From positions 46,998,001 through 47,062,000 of the forward strand of contig NC_086097.1 in NCBI RefSeq assembly GCF_963921235.1: DNA of 64,000 bases. Reading direction: 5' to 3'. The stretch's first letter is position 1; every line of letters starts with the position of its first letter. This document shows, piece by piece, positions 24,558-37,098 of the stretch. The position numbers and the translations under genes were made by a program. The notes under the pieces were generated by a model. It saw nothing but the letters and a program-made list of their open reading frames with translations. It was not told the origin of the DNA and did no database searches. The DNA is from Mobula hypostoma (lineage: Eukaryota).

Positions 24558-26336
24558 TATGAGAGAGGAATTGGCCAAAGTAAATTGGAAAGATCTGCTG
24601 GCAGGGATGTCAGCAGCGCAACAATGGAAACACGAGGAAATCTGCAGATGCTGGAAATTCAAGCAACACACACAAAATTCTGGGAGAACGCAGCGGGCCA
24701 GGCAGCATCTATTTGAAGAAGTACAGTCAATGTTTCAGGCCAAGACCCTTCATCAGGACTAACTGAAAGAAGAGATAGTAAGAGATTTGAAAGTGGGAGG
24801 GGGAGGGATGGAGTTAATGGTGTGTGTTTCTGGGAAAAATGAGGAAAGTGCAGGGTGTATATTCCAAAAATGAAGAAGTACTCAAGTGGTAAAATAGTAC
24901 AACTGTGGCTAGCAAGGGAAGTCAAAGCTATTGTAAAAGCAAATGAAAGGGCATACAACAAAGCAAAAATTAGCGGGAGGATAGAGGATTGGGAAGTTTT
25001 TAAAAACCTACAGACAGCAACTAAAAAAAATCATTAGAAAGGAAAAGATGAAATATGAAAGCAAGCTAGCAAATAATATCAAAGTGGATAGTAATTTTTT
25101 TCAAGTATGTTAAAAACAAAAGAAATGAGAGTGAATATAGAACTGCTAGAAGATGAGGCAGGAGAAATAATAATGGGAGACAAGGAGATGGCTGCTAAAT
25201 GAGTATTTTGAGTCAGTTTTCACTATGGAAGACACTAGCAGTATGCCTGATACAATGTGTGAAGGAAGAGAAGTGGGTGCCCATGGTATTGCAGGAAAGT
25301 TACTAACATGATTAGAGCATTGGCTGATTGGTAGGAGGCAGTGAATGGGAATAAAAGGATCCTTTTCTACTTGGCTGCCAGTGACTAGTGGTGCTCCACA
25401 GGGGCGGTGTTCGGACCACTTCTTTTTGTGCTGTATATCAATGATTTAGATGGCTTTGTTGCCAGGTTTGCAGATGATACGAAGGTTGGTGGAGGGGCAG
25501 GTAGTTTTGAGGAAGCTGGTAGGATGCAGAAAGACAGCTTAGGAGAATGGGCAAGAAAGTGGCAAATGAAATACAGTGTTGGTAAATGCATAGTCATGCA
25601 CTTTGCTAGTAGAAATAAACGTGTGGACTATTTCTTTAAATGGGGAGAAAATCCAGGAATCTGAAATACAGGGGGACTTGGGAGTCCTTATGCAGAACAC
25701 CCTGAAGGTTAATTTGCAGGTTGAGTTGGTGGTGAGGAAGGCAAATTCCATGTTTGCATTCATTTCAAGAGGTCTAGAATACAAGAGCAAGGATGTGATG
25801 CTGAGGCTTTATAAGGCACTGGTAAGCCTTCTCCTTGAGTATTGTGAACAGTTTTGGGACCCTCATCTTAGAAAAGCTGTGCTGGCATTAGAGAGGGTTC
25901 AGAGGAGGTTCATAAGGATGATTCCAGGAATGAAAGGGTTATACGAGGAACGTTTGATGGCTCTGGAATTCAGAAGGATGACGGAGGATCTCATTGAAAC
26001 CTTTCGAATGTTGAAAGGCTTAGACAGAGTGGCGTGAGAGTTTAGGACAAGAAGGCACAGCCTCAGAATAGAAGGGCACCCTTTCAAAACAGATGCGGAA
26101 AAATTTCTTTAGCTAAAGGGTGGTGAATTTGTTGCCACGTGCATCTGTGGAGGCCAGGTCGTTGGGTGTATTTAAGGCAGAGATTGATCAGTTCTTGACT
26201 GGACATGGCGTGGAAGGTTATGGGGAGAAGGCCGGGAGAAGGAGGAGATAGGAAAAAGGATCAGCCATGATTGAATGGCGGAGCAGACTTGATGGGCTGG
26301 ATGGCCTAATTCTTCTCCTATGTCTTATGGTCTTAT
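24558..26336 (+). mobile_element. CR1 LINE with internal deletions
   Basis: MREELAKVNW, LYINDLDGFVARFADDTK and LYKALV..LEYCEQFW; ends tatgtcttatggtctta. Confidence 0.9.
24628..24812 (-). mobile_element. Penelope terminal-repeat fragment with a decayed hammerhead motif (24725-24760)
   Basis: Reverse complement reads agtc-CTGATGA-a-gggtcttggcct-GAAA-ca-TT-gact; interrupts the CR1. Confidence 0.75.
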
Positions 26337-27055
26337 AACATATAGGAGCTGAATTACATTTGACCCATCAAGTCTGCTGTACCATTTCATCATGGTTGAT
26401 CCATTTCCCTTTCAACCCCAGTCTCTTGCCTTCTCCCATAATCCTTCATGCTCCGACTAATCAAGAATCCACAGCCTTCTGTGGCAGCAAATTCCACAAA
26501 TTCGCCATTCCCTGACTAATGAAGAAAGACAGAGACCTCCTCATCTCTGTTCGTCCCTCTTCCCCCACCATAGGCAACATCTTTTCCACATCCACTCTAT
26601 CAAGGCCGACATTTGAGAGGTTTCAATGATGTTCCTCAGTCTTCTGAATTCCAATGAGTACAGGCCCAGGCCATATGCTCCTCCTATGATAAACCTTTCA
26701 ATCCTGGGATCATTTTTGTGAACCTCCTTTGAACCCTCTCCATGTCAGCACATCCCTTCTTAAATAAGGGGCCCAAACCGGCTCACAATACTCCCAAGTA
26801 AGGCCTCGTGTGTGTCTTATAAAGCCTTAACATTACATCCTTGCTTTTGTGTTCTAGTCCTCTTAAAATGAATGCTAACATACATTTGCCTTCCACACGA
26901 CTGACTCAACCTGCAAGTTAACCTTTAAAGAACCCTGCACGATGACTCCCAAGTTTGTACCTTGGATTTTTGAATTTTCTCCATTTCGAAAATAGTCTGC
27001 GCTTTTATTACTTCTACCATGACCATGTACTACTTGGCACTGTATTCCATCTGCC
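26337..27055 (-). mobile_element. CR1 LINE 3' part, tail-to-tail with the preceding copy
   Basis: LKVNLQVESVVWKAN on -; homologous to the reverse complement of 25600-26336. Confidence 0.85.
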
Positions 27056-27110
27056 AATATCAGTATTAATTTATGCAGGATTATAGAAGAACAAGTTTTG
27101 TGCAAGTGGC

Positions 27111-27550
27111 ATAGAAACATGGAAAACGTAGAAAACATACAACACAATACAGGCCCTTCGGCCCACAAAGCTGTGCCGAACATGTCCCTACCTTAGAACT
27201 ATCTGGACTTTACCCATAGCCCTCTATTCTAAGCTCCATGTAGCCATCCAGGAGTCTCTTAAAAGACCCTATCGTTTCCATCTCCACCAGCGCTGCTGGC
27301 AGCCCATTCCATGCACTCACTACTCTCTGCGTTTTTAAAAAAAGAAAAAAAAACTTACCCCTGACATCTCCACTGTACCTACTTCCAATCACCTTAAAAC
27401 GATGCCCTCTCATGCTAACCATTTCAGCCCTGGGGAAAAGCCTCTGACTATCCACACGATCAATGCCTCTCATTATCTTGTACACCTCTTATCAAATCAC
27501 CTCTCATTTCTCGGGCGCTCCAAGGAGAAAAGGCCGAGTTCACTCAACCT
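27111..27550 (-). mobile_element. CR1 LINE 3' end, same subfamily as 13078
   Basis: YKIMRGIDRVDSQRLFP...QRVVSAWNGLP; (catagaaa)n-type tail. Confidence 0.9.
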
Positions 27551-27612
27551 ACGGGGAGTCTTTTAGATTGGATGTAGCACTCTGCTATATGAATCCAAGT
27601 TATGGATAAAAT

Positions 27613-28307
27613 TGTTGTTGTTCGTCCTTCGTAGTGGAAGATGACCATGGCTTCAAAGTCAAATGGGAGATTGGTGGCTGTGGGTCCGGAGGTGACTGAT
27701 GAGGCCAATCCAGGCCCTGAAGGCTCGCCCACATGTGGGACACAAGTGGGTGGGTGCTGTCGTGGCAGTGGATGCTGGGGCCTTGCGCACAGCACGCTTT
27801 CGTTGCGCCTCGATGATGCGCCTGACTTCAGCTGCACGGGCTCCTGTGGTGATCTTGCTGCGCCAAGCTGGATGGTCGAGGGCAAGCGTCTCCCACGTGT
27901 TGATGTTGACACCCAGGCCTTTGAGGGACGCTTTGAGGCAGTCTTTGTAACGTTTCTTCTGCCCCCCGACTGAGCGCTTGCCCTGACCCAGTTCTCCGTA
28001 CAGCAGCTGCTTAGGCAATCGGCTGTCTGGCATTCTGACCACATGTCCAGCCCACCTGGCTTGGGCTTTCAGCAGGAGGGTGTAGACGCTGCAGAGCCCA
28101 GCTCGTTCCAGGATTTCCGTGTCGGGGACTTTGTCCTGCCACCTGATGTGGAGTAGTCTGCGGAGACAGCTCAGGTGAATGTGGTTGAGCTGTTTGGCAT
28201 GTCTGCTGTAGACAGTCCAGGTCTCGCTGGCATAATGAAGGGTGGTAAGGACCACTGCACAGTAGACCTTCAGCTTAGTGGTAAGGCTGAGTCTTATTAT
28301 TTTACCC
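27613..28307 (-). mobile_element. RTE-clade LINE, 5'-truncated
   Basis: Open 198-aa frame with LHYASETW, RWAGHVVRMPDSRLPKQLLYGEL, GGQKKRYKD and a C-terminal CxxC..H..H. (CAA)n tail; 13-bp TSD ttatggataaaat at 27600-27612 and 28308-28320. Confidence 0.92.
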
Positions 28308-28365
28308 TTATGGATAAAATACAGCCTCTCTAGTTACCCTTATTATTTGGCTGACTAATAGCTAG

Positions 28366-28672
28366 TAACTCCAGCCATTTCTGCTCTGAATTCATTTGTG
28401 CTAGTTTACCTTTCCATTCAACTTTGGCCAGCTTCTCTCTTGAGTCTCTAATTCATTTTATTCCACTGTAATACTGATGCATCTGACTTGAGCTTCACAC
28501 TCTTAATTTGCAGGGTGAATTCTGTCATATTATGATCACTGGTCCCTAAGGGTTCCTTTACCTTAAGCTCCCTTAATTAATTCCAGTTTATTGCACAACA
28601 CCCAATCCAGAATAGCTGATTATCTAGAGGGGCTCATCCACGAGCTGCTCTTAAAAAGCCATCTTGTAGGCA
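28366..28672 (-). mobile_element. CR1 endonuclease-region fragment
   Basis: Minus strand encodes EPLGTSDHNMTEF (APE SDH motif). Confidence 0.75.
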
Positions 28673-30585
28673 TATGCTATAGGTTGCAATACAACTTAGG
28701 CTATTTATAATTTTTGCCATTTGTGTCCAAATGACTGAGAATATCAGTATTTATGCACGATTATGGAAGAACACATTTTATGCAAGTGGCCTGAGAGGAA
28801 TTTTGGATTGGATGTAGCACTCTGCTATATGAATTCAAGTTATGAATAAAATATAAACTCCCTAGTTATCCTTATTATTTGGCTGTCTAATGGCTAGCAA
28901 ATAGATCTACTTATTTGGATTGTTGAAGGCTTGATTCGATTTCCTTACTTCTGGTGTATCATTAAAGGATTCACAAAATCCCATTGGTTGTTTTTTTTCC
29001 CTGTGTACCTGACTCCTTATGGATGTAGTGGAGATTTCAGAAAAGTTTAATGAATTATACTTATGTTTAGTGAATTTAACTAATTGGATTGATTAACTTA
29101 CTGGAGTGTCATGATGACACAGCTATTGGAGCTGCCTCACTGCTTCATGGACCTTTTTAAAATTCTTATCCCTGGTGCCATCAGTGTCGAGTTTGCACAC
29201 CTCCCTGTGACTACATACATTTCTTCTGTAAGTTATTTTCCTCCCACATTCCAAAGACTTGCTGGTAGGTTAATTGGCTACTGTGATATAAAACTTGGTA
29301 AGGAAATGGCAAAACAATCATATAAAGGAATGTTGTGGGCAAGTGAAATAGAATAATTTGCAGGGCTGTAGTGGATTAGAGTGACGTGGGATTGCTTTGT
29401 TTCAAGTTGCCATGGACTTGGTCTGAATTACTTCCATCTGTCTTGCAATAAGTATGTGAAAGTAGAGAGCAGGGAGTTGTGTAAAGCACCAAGGCAAATT
29501 TCTTCTTAGTTTTCCATGTTCCGTTGAATATAGTACCTATGTCTCCAAACAGTTAAAGATTAGTTTCCAGGATTTTATTTGAGAGAAATGTATTTGAATT
29601 CCCTAGCAACAGCTAGACTTGATGCTCTGGAATTAAAAGCTAGTGTCAATAATGATGCTAGTAAAAAACACATCTGCTTCACCAATGTTCTTCAGGAAAT
29701 GAAATCTGTTCTCCCTACCCATTCTTGGTCTCTATGTGACCTCAGACCACAGCATACTGGTTGACTCGACTTTGTGCTACCCAGTTCAGGAGTAATTGGG
29801 AATGGACCATGCATTATGCACAGGCCTAGGTAAATAAATTTCACCAAATGCTCCTTGGTTTAACTCCTACAAAAGCTGATGAGATGGTTCATGATTTTTT
29901 TTCCAGCAATTATTTTGCTGCATTCAGTTTTGTTTTGCTCTTTAAATAAACTTGCACCAGTCCAGTTACATGGTCAAAAGTAACAGTTTGCTAGTGAATG
30001 CAAGCTAGTGAATGCAAATGTTGCATTGCATTTTAGCTAAATAATGTTGTTATTAAAATATTTTATGTAGGTGACAGTGATTAGTGAAACCCTTTGAACT
30101 GGTACGTACTCGTATGCTGACTTTATATATTTATAGATTAGGAGAACATAACATTTTAGGTGAAAACTAAAGATAAGTGATGTTAATTCGTATAGATATT
30201 TTATGTTCGAATTGATATATTAAACTGCTTTGTAGCATTTAAGCATAGCATTAGGTTTTTTGCTGGTCCTTTCGTAGCTATCATAAGCTGCTTTGAATTT
30301 TTTCCTGTAATGGGGAAACTGAAGAATGCAGTGTTTATATAAATTACACTGCTTCAGAGAAAGTGAAGTTCAAGCTCTTGTCTGTCCTACATTAGGGAAA
30401 GACAATGAAAGTCAACAACTCTAGGGATATGTTTCACATTTCCAACAGAACCCACGCCAACCCATTGTTAGTCACTGCTGTAGAAATGATAAAAGGCTTA
30501 GATCAGCGTTTAAAATTATTTTTATTTCCTTCCTCTTTAAAGACTTTTTAATTGCATTTAAAAAGTCCATTATCTGAAACTTACG

Positions 30586-30716
30586 GCAACACACATAAAA
30601 GTTGCTGGTGAACGCAGCAGGCCAGGCAGCATCTCTAGGAAGAGGTACAGTTGACGTTTCGGTCCGAGACCCTTCGTCAGGACTAACTGAAAGAAGAGCT
30701 AGTAAGAGATTTGAAA
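30586..30716 (-). mobile_element. Penelope terminal-repeat fragment with a hammerhead motif (30649-30684)
   Basis: Reverse complement reads agtc-CTGACGA-a-gggtctcggacc-GAAA-cg-TC-aact; near-identical to 5932-6062. Confidence 0.8.
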
Positions 30717-31127
30717 GACCTATGTTCACAAATTGCTTTCTTTTTTATGAAGGTGCCCGTACTGAGCATTTGATTTTCATACTGATAATGCAGTTATGTA
30801 TTGATACATATATTTTTTCTTGTACTCTGTATTTTATATGTAAAATTAATAATAAAAATATTGAAAAGATAAACATATTGGAAGGACAATGCAGTTGTCA
30901 GTAAATCAGAATCCTACCACAACCAGATGCAATGTATGCTAACTTTTAAGTATAGTGACCTGTAAATATCTCTTATAATTTCATTGGTGGATTCTGTTTA
31001 ATTGGGACACATTGGGCCCATTACATTTTGGCCTAATTAAGCAGCTGCCTCAATCAACAGAAGTTTCCTGGAAATAGTTAAAAAGGTATTTAAGAAAAGA
31101 CAAACTACCATTTAACTGAGTAACGGA

Positions 31128-32600
31128 TTAGACCAGAAGACGTAGGAGCATGATTAGGCCATTCAGTCCATTGAGTCTTCTCTACCATGCCATCATGGCT
31201 GATTTATTATTCCCCTCAATCCAGTTCTCCTACCTTCTCCCTGTAATCTGAATCCCTGACAAGTCAAGAACCTATCAGCATTCACTTTATACTTAATGAC
31301 TTGACCTCCACAGTCATCTGTGGCAATGCATTCTACAGGTTCACTGCACTCTAGCTAAAGAAATTCCTCATCTCTGTTTTGAATGGCTGTCCCTCCATTC
31401 TGAGGCTGTACCCTCTTGTATTAGGCTCACCCACTATAGGAAACATCCTCTCCACATCATCCACTCTAGGCCTTCCAACATTTGATAGGTTTCATTGCAA
31501 TTACCCTCATTCTACCGAACTCCAGTGAGTAACAGCCCACTGCCATTAAATGCTCCTTGTATGTTAACTCTTTCATTCCCAGAATCATTCCCAAAAACCT
31601 CCTCTGGGCTCTCTCTAAAGTCGGTACCTCTTTTCTTAAGTAAGGGCCCTACTTCCTTTACTTCCTGAGAAAGCTAAAGCAATTTGGCCTGTCCCCTAAA
31701 ACCCTCAGTAATTTTTATAGATGCACCGTAGAAAGCATTCATCTAGGGTGCATCACAACCTGGGTATGGAAGTTGTCCTGCCCCAAGACCGGAAGAAGCT
31801 GCAGAAGATCATGAACACAGCCCAGCACATCACACAAACCAATTTTCTGTCCTTGGGCTCACTTTACACCGCACGCTTTCAGAGCAGTGCTGCCAGGATA
31901 ATCAAGGACACGACCCACCCAGCCAACACACTTTTCGTCCCTCTTCCCTCCGGGAGAAGGCTCAGGAGCTTGAAGACTCATATGGCCAGATTTGGGAACA
32001 GCTTCTTTCCAACTGTGATAAGACTGCTGAACGGATCCTGACCCGGATCTGGACCGTACCCTCCAAATATCCGGACTTGCTTCTCAGTTTTTTTGCACTA
32101 CCTTACTTTCCCTTTTCAATTTTATATTTATGATTTATAATTTAAATTTTTAATATTTACTATCGATTTATACTCCAGGGAGTGGGAAGCGCAGAATCAA
32201 ATATCACTGTGATGATTGTATGTTCTAGTATCAATTGTTTGGCGACAATAAAGTATAAAACTGCGCTGAATACTCCCAAGTGCAGTGTGAGCAAAGCCTT
32301 AGAAAGACTCAGCATCACATCCTTACTCTTACATTAGTCCTGTCAAAATGAATGCTAACATTGCATTTGCCTTCCTTGCCACCAACTCAACTTCCAAGAT
32401 AACCATTAGGGAGTCCTGCACAGGGACTCCCCAAGTCTCTTTGTACCTTGGATTTTTGAATTTTCTCTCTGCTTAGAAAATAGTCTATGCTTTTATTTCT
32501 TCTACCAAAGGGCATGATCATATACCTCCCTACACTATATTCCATCAGCCACTTCTTTACCCATTCTCTCAATCTGAGTCCTTCTGCAGACACTCTGCTT
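31128..32600 (-). mobile_element. CR1 LINE 3' part, interrupted by Rex1
   Basis: CR1 3' UTR at the left end; EWVKKWLMEYSVG..EKIQKSKVQRDLG on -. Confidence 0.82.
31650..32259 (+). mobile_element. Rex1/Babar-type LINE 3' end
   Basis: LYFLRKLKQFGL, IIKDTTHPANTLFVPLPSGRR and NSFFPTVIRLLN; ends caataaagtata. Confidence 0.85.
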
Positions 32601-33151
32601 CCTATTAATTTATGTAATTAAATACAGAACAAGCTGTAACACTATCAAATGCTACTACAATTCTATAAAACTGCATTAGTTCCTAAAAGTTATTGATGGC
32701 AGAATTCATCCAGTGTACGTTGCCGATTGGTCCAGTTGGTCAAATCTTTTCATGGCATTTTGGCACAGGTCTGAATTTTTTAAAAGTCAGAATAACAGAC
32801 AAAATGATCAAAAATCATTATTTGTTTTGAATTGGCATGTATCGGCCCAAATGAATAATGTAGTTAGAAATTGTTTGGCAGTAGTCTCCTGTCCCAATTA
32901 AGCTGCATGGTGTCCCAAATATGTGAAGGAAATCCTGTCGATTTTCTCAATTGGATTTGTTCTTTCAGAGTTGTCCCAAATAAGTAGTTGCCCTGAATAA
33001 CTGATGACCCAATTGACTGGAATCCACTGCATTGCAGTGAGGGAGGAAACGGATCACAACAAAGGTGTCGTCTGTATTGGTATATCTACAGAGTAGTTCT
33101 CCATTTTTTGATTTCAGGATGATTGAGGAAGAACTGAAGTAGAATAAGATA

Positions 33152-34570
33152 CAGGTTTCCCCTGCCATCCAAAGGTAGAGCGTTCCTATGAAACGGTTTG
33201 TAAGCCAGAATGTCATAAAGTGAAGAAGCAATTACCATTTATTTATATGGGAAAAATCTGTGAGCGTTCGCAGACCCAAAAATATTCTACCAAATCATGC
33301 CAAATAACACATAAAACCTAAAATAACAGTAGCATATAGTAAAAGCAGGAATGATATGATGATTACACAGCTGATATAAAGTAGAAATACTTCCCTACAA
33401 TCATTGCCTACACTGTTCTCTGTAGCGAAAATCTCACGCAAGCGCTCTTGGCAAAAACACGGCGCAAGCGCTCTCGGCAAAATCACTCTCTCCAGTAACC
33501 TTTAAGCTATGAAGCTGCCAAATCATAACAAATAACGCATAAAAATACACAGCCTATATAAAGTAGAAATAATATATGTACAGTGTAGTATCACTTACGG
33601 GAATCGGGAAGACAGCGCACTGATGATGTGTTAGGCTGAGTCGTCGGAGGTTGGGGTGGTGCAGTGGTCTCCACCCTCCGGGCAGCAAACTGATAGCAAT
33701 CTGCGAAGCATGTAGCGGTACAGCGGTAGCCGGGACGCAGCCAGCACATCTTTTAAGAAAAAAGCCAAAATAAACAAGCTAATTAATTGAGTGCCGCATG
33801 GCACGTAAATGTCAGCCCAGATCAGAGGCGACGCAATCAGCAATTGCCTCTGATCTGGGCCGACATTTACGTGCCGGGTGGCACCTAATTAATTAGCTTA
33901 TTTATTTTGGCTTTTTTCTTAAAGACGTGCTGGGTGCCTCCCAACTACCGCTGCATTTTCAGCGAATCAGTATCGGTCCGTGGCCCGGGGGTTGGGACCA
34001 CTGGGGTGGTGGGACAGGGGGGTGTCATCTCATCGTCGATCAGGGCAGGCAGGTCATCTTCTTCTGTGTCTGCCTGCCTCGATGGCAAAGGTCGAGGTTT
34101 GTCGTCTGCTGTGGCTGATGTGGAAAGCTTGAAAAACGACAGTATGCTTGACTGCTAGCCTCATCTATCATACAGTTCTTTGTAAACCATCTTGCAAATA
34201 TGCCCTAAACTGACGTCTCCTTTCAAAATTAAAGTCGTACTTTATCATTGCAGCGAAAATCTCACGCAGTTGCTTCACGTTCAGTTCCTGGACGACTTCA
34301 CTTTCGGTCCGTTCGCTACTGCATTCGGTTTCAAATGTTATCCTTTCCTCTTCCAATTGCATCAGCTCTTCATCTATCAGTTCTTGGTCATGGGATGCCA
34401 AAACCTCTTCAACATCATCTTTGTCAACTTCCACAAGCCAAACTCACTTTGTCCTTACTTCGTTCACCAAGATGGAAATGCTTAATTATGTCTAGCTTTA
34501 TGCTACGTGTAACACCTTTACGAGCTCTTTTAGGCTTTTCCGGTACCTTAGAGCTCACCTTGCAAACGGA
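33152..34570 (-). mobile_element. Tigger/pogo-like transposon derivative
   Basis: TA|caggtttcccc terminus; ORF 34168-34434 EVDKDDVEEVLASHDQELIDEELMQLE resembles Tigger/TIGD1-type C-termini. Confidence 0.75.
33721..33953. repeat. Long imperfect palindrome (~110-bp arms)
   Basis: 33721-33831 is the near reverse complement of 33844-33953. Confidence 0.92.
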
Positions 34571-34819
34571 TTTTATATCTTCTGATCCTATGTCACTTCT
34601 TCCTAAGATTTGATTTCATTATTTTTCTTTACCGACAGTGCCACGCCACCCCCTCTGCCTGCCTGGCTGTCCTTTTGATAAAATATGTATATCCCTGGAT
34701 ATTAAGCTCCCAACTATAATCTTATATACTTAAAAAAGTAATTGGTCCTATATCTATCTCTAACAACCGAAGTGTTAACTATTTAACGCTTCTTAAATAG
34801 TGGAGTAACATTTGCAATT

Positions 34820-36300
34820 TTCCGGAAGGTGGGAGGCAGCAGAAAGGAAACTATAGACCTTTTAGCCTGACATCAGTGGTTGGGAAGTTGTTGGAATCGA
34901 TTGTTAGGGATGAGATTACGGATAACCTGGAGGCACATGGCAAGGTAGGCCAAAGCCAACATGGTTTCCTGAAAGGAAAATCCGGCCCAACAAACCTACT
35001 GCAATTTTTTGAGGAAATTACAAGCAGGATAGGGGAACCTTCAGGGAACTATGCACCATTATTCCCAGATCCCTCTGTTCTACAGCATTCTTCAATGCCC
35101 TACCATTTACCAGCATTAAACTCCATCTGTACTTCGATTTTCAAAAGGCCTTTGACAAGGTGCCGCACATGAGGCTGCTTAGCAAGATGACAGCCCATGG
35201 AATTACAGGGAAGTTACTAGTATGGTGGAACATTGGCTGATTGGCAGAAAACAGACAGTAGGAATAAAGGGATCCTATTCTGTCTGGCTGCCGGTTACCA
35301 GTGGAGTTCTATAGGGGTCAGTGTTGGGACTGCTGCTTTTTACGATGTATGTCAATGATTTGGACTATGGGATTAATGGATTTGTGGCTAAATTTGCCAA
35401 TGATACAAAGATGGGTGGAGGAGCAGGTAGTGTTGAGGAAACAGAGACTTAGATAGTTGAGGGGAATGGGCAAAGAAATGGCAAATGAAATACAATGTTG
35501 GAAAGTGTATGGTCATGCACTTTGGTGGAAGAAATAAATGGGCAGACTATTATTTAGATGGGGAGAGAATTCAAAATGCGGAGATGCAAAGGGACTTGGG
35601 AGTCCTTGTGCAAGATACCCTAAAGGTTCACTTCCAGGTTGAGTCGGTTGTGAAGAAGGTGAATGCAATGTTGGCATTCATTTCTAGAGGTATAGAATAT
35701 AAGAGCAGGGATTTGATTTTGAGGCTCTATAAGGCACTCGTGAGGTCACACTTGCAGTATTGTGTGCAGTTTTGGGCTCCTTGTTTTAGAAAGGATATAC
35801 TGACGTTGGAGATGGTTCAGAGAAGATTCACAAGAATCATTCTAGGAATGAAAGGGTTACTATATGAGGGACGTCTGGCAGCTCTTGGGCTGTATTTCCT
35901 GGAGTTCAGGAGAATGAGGGGGGATCTCATAGAAACATTTCACATGTTAAAAGGCCTGAACAGTTTAGATATAGCAAAGTTATTTCCTATGGTAGGGGAT
36001 TCTAGGACAAGAGGGCACAACTTCAGGATTGAAGGACGTCCATTTAGAACTGAGATGTGGAGAAATTACTTTAGTCAGAGGGTGGTAAATCTGTGGAATT
36101 TATTGCCATGAATGGCTGTGGAGGCCAAGTCACTGGGTGTATTTAAGATAGGTTCTTGATTAGCCAGGGCATCAAAGGGTATGGGGTGAAGGCAGGGGAA
36201 TGGGAATGACTGGAAGAATTGGATCAGCCCATGATTGAATGGCAGAGCAGACTCGATGGGCCAAATAGCCTACTTCTGCCCCTATATCATATAGTCTTAT
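34820..36300 (+). mobile_element. CR1 LINE RT region to 3' end
   Basis: NYRPFSLTSVVGKLLESIV, QHGFLKGKS, KFANDTK and a 208-aa open stretch (35485-36111), followed by the 3' UTR. Confidence 0.93.
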
Positions 36301-36586
36301 TTCAGCCACGACTCAGTGATGCCCACAACATCATACTACACTACAAGATCATCTATCTTATTCCATATACTGTGTGCATTGAAATATAACATCTTCTGTC
36401 CTGTATTCATCACCTTTTTTGACCATGTTCCCCTTTTAGATTGCAGCTCATCCCACTGACTGCAATTTTGCCCTGTCCTTCCTGAGATTCTCAATAAACA
36501 CTACCTCTGCTTGTATACCAATTGCCCAATTCTCAGCCCTATCACTCAGTTTCTCATTCTCATGTCAATTTAGTTTAAAGTTTAAG

Positions 36587-36664
36587 CAGGAGTTCCCAAC
36601 CTGGAGTCCAGGGACCCCGTGGTTAATGGTAGGGGTCCATGGCATAAAAAAGGTTGGGACTCCA
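36587..36664. mobile_element. Tiny hAT-like MITE
   Basis: caggagttcccaacct ... aggttgggactcc inverted ends. Confidence 0.55.
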
Positions 36665-37098
36665 CCCTCCCAAACAATTCTTGTAAACTTGCCTGCAAGG
36701 ATATTGGTCTCCCTCAGGTTCATTTGTAATCTGTCTCTTTTGTACTGGTCATACTTTCACCAGAAGGATCCCAGAGATCCAGAAATCTGAAACCCTGCTC
36801 ACTGCACCAGTTCCTCAGCCGTGCATTCATCTGTTAAATCATCCTATTTTTACCCACACTCGTGCATGGCACAGGCAGCAATTCAGAGATCACTCCCTGG
36901 GAGTCCTGCTTTTCAGCTTTCTTCCTAACTCACTATAATCTGTCTTCAGGACCTCCTCCCTTTTCCTGCCTATGTCATTGGTACCAATATGTACCAAGAC
37001 TTCTGGCTGCTCTCTTCAGAATGCCGTGGACCTGATCTGAGACATCCTGATATTTGCTACTGGGAGGTAACATACCATCTGAGTCTCTCTTTCACGTC

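Larger units (their letters stand above)
30985..33029. mobile_element. Non-autonomous TIR element (pogo/Tigger-like MITE) hosting nested LINEs
   Basis: Left gtggattctgtttaattgg versus right ccaattgactggaatccactg; internal ttgggaca/tgtcccaa repeats. Confidence 0.6.

Noticed and set aside
29990..30017. 14-bp tandem repeat gctagtgaatgcaa x2
   Set aside because: An ordinary slippage duplication with no further structure.
30350..30380. ttcagagaaagtg as MARK3 exon 4
   Set aside because: Only an FRE match, with no acceptor in the right position and no downstream similarity.
34168..34434. Domesticated TIGD-like gene
   Set aside because: Only a C-terminal fragment within TIR-bounded repeats, present twice with different lesions.
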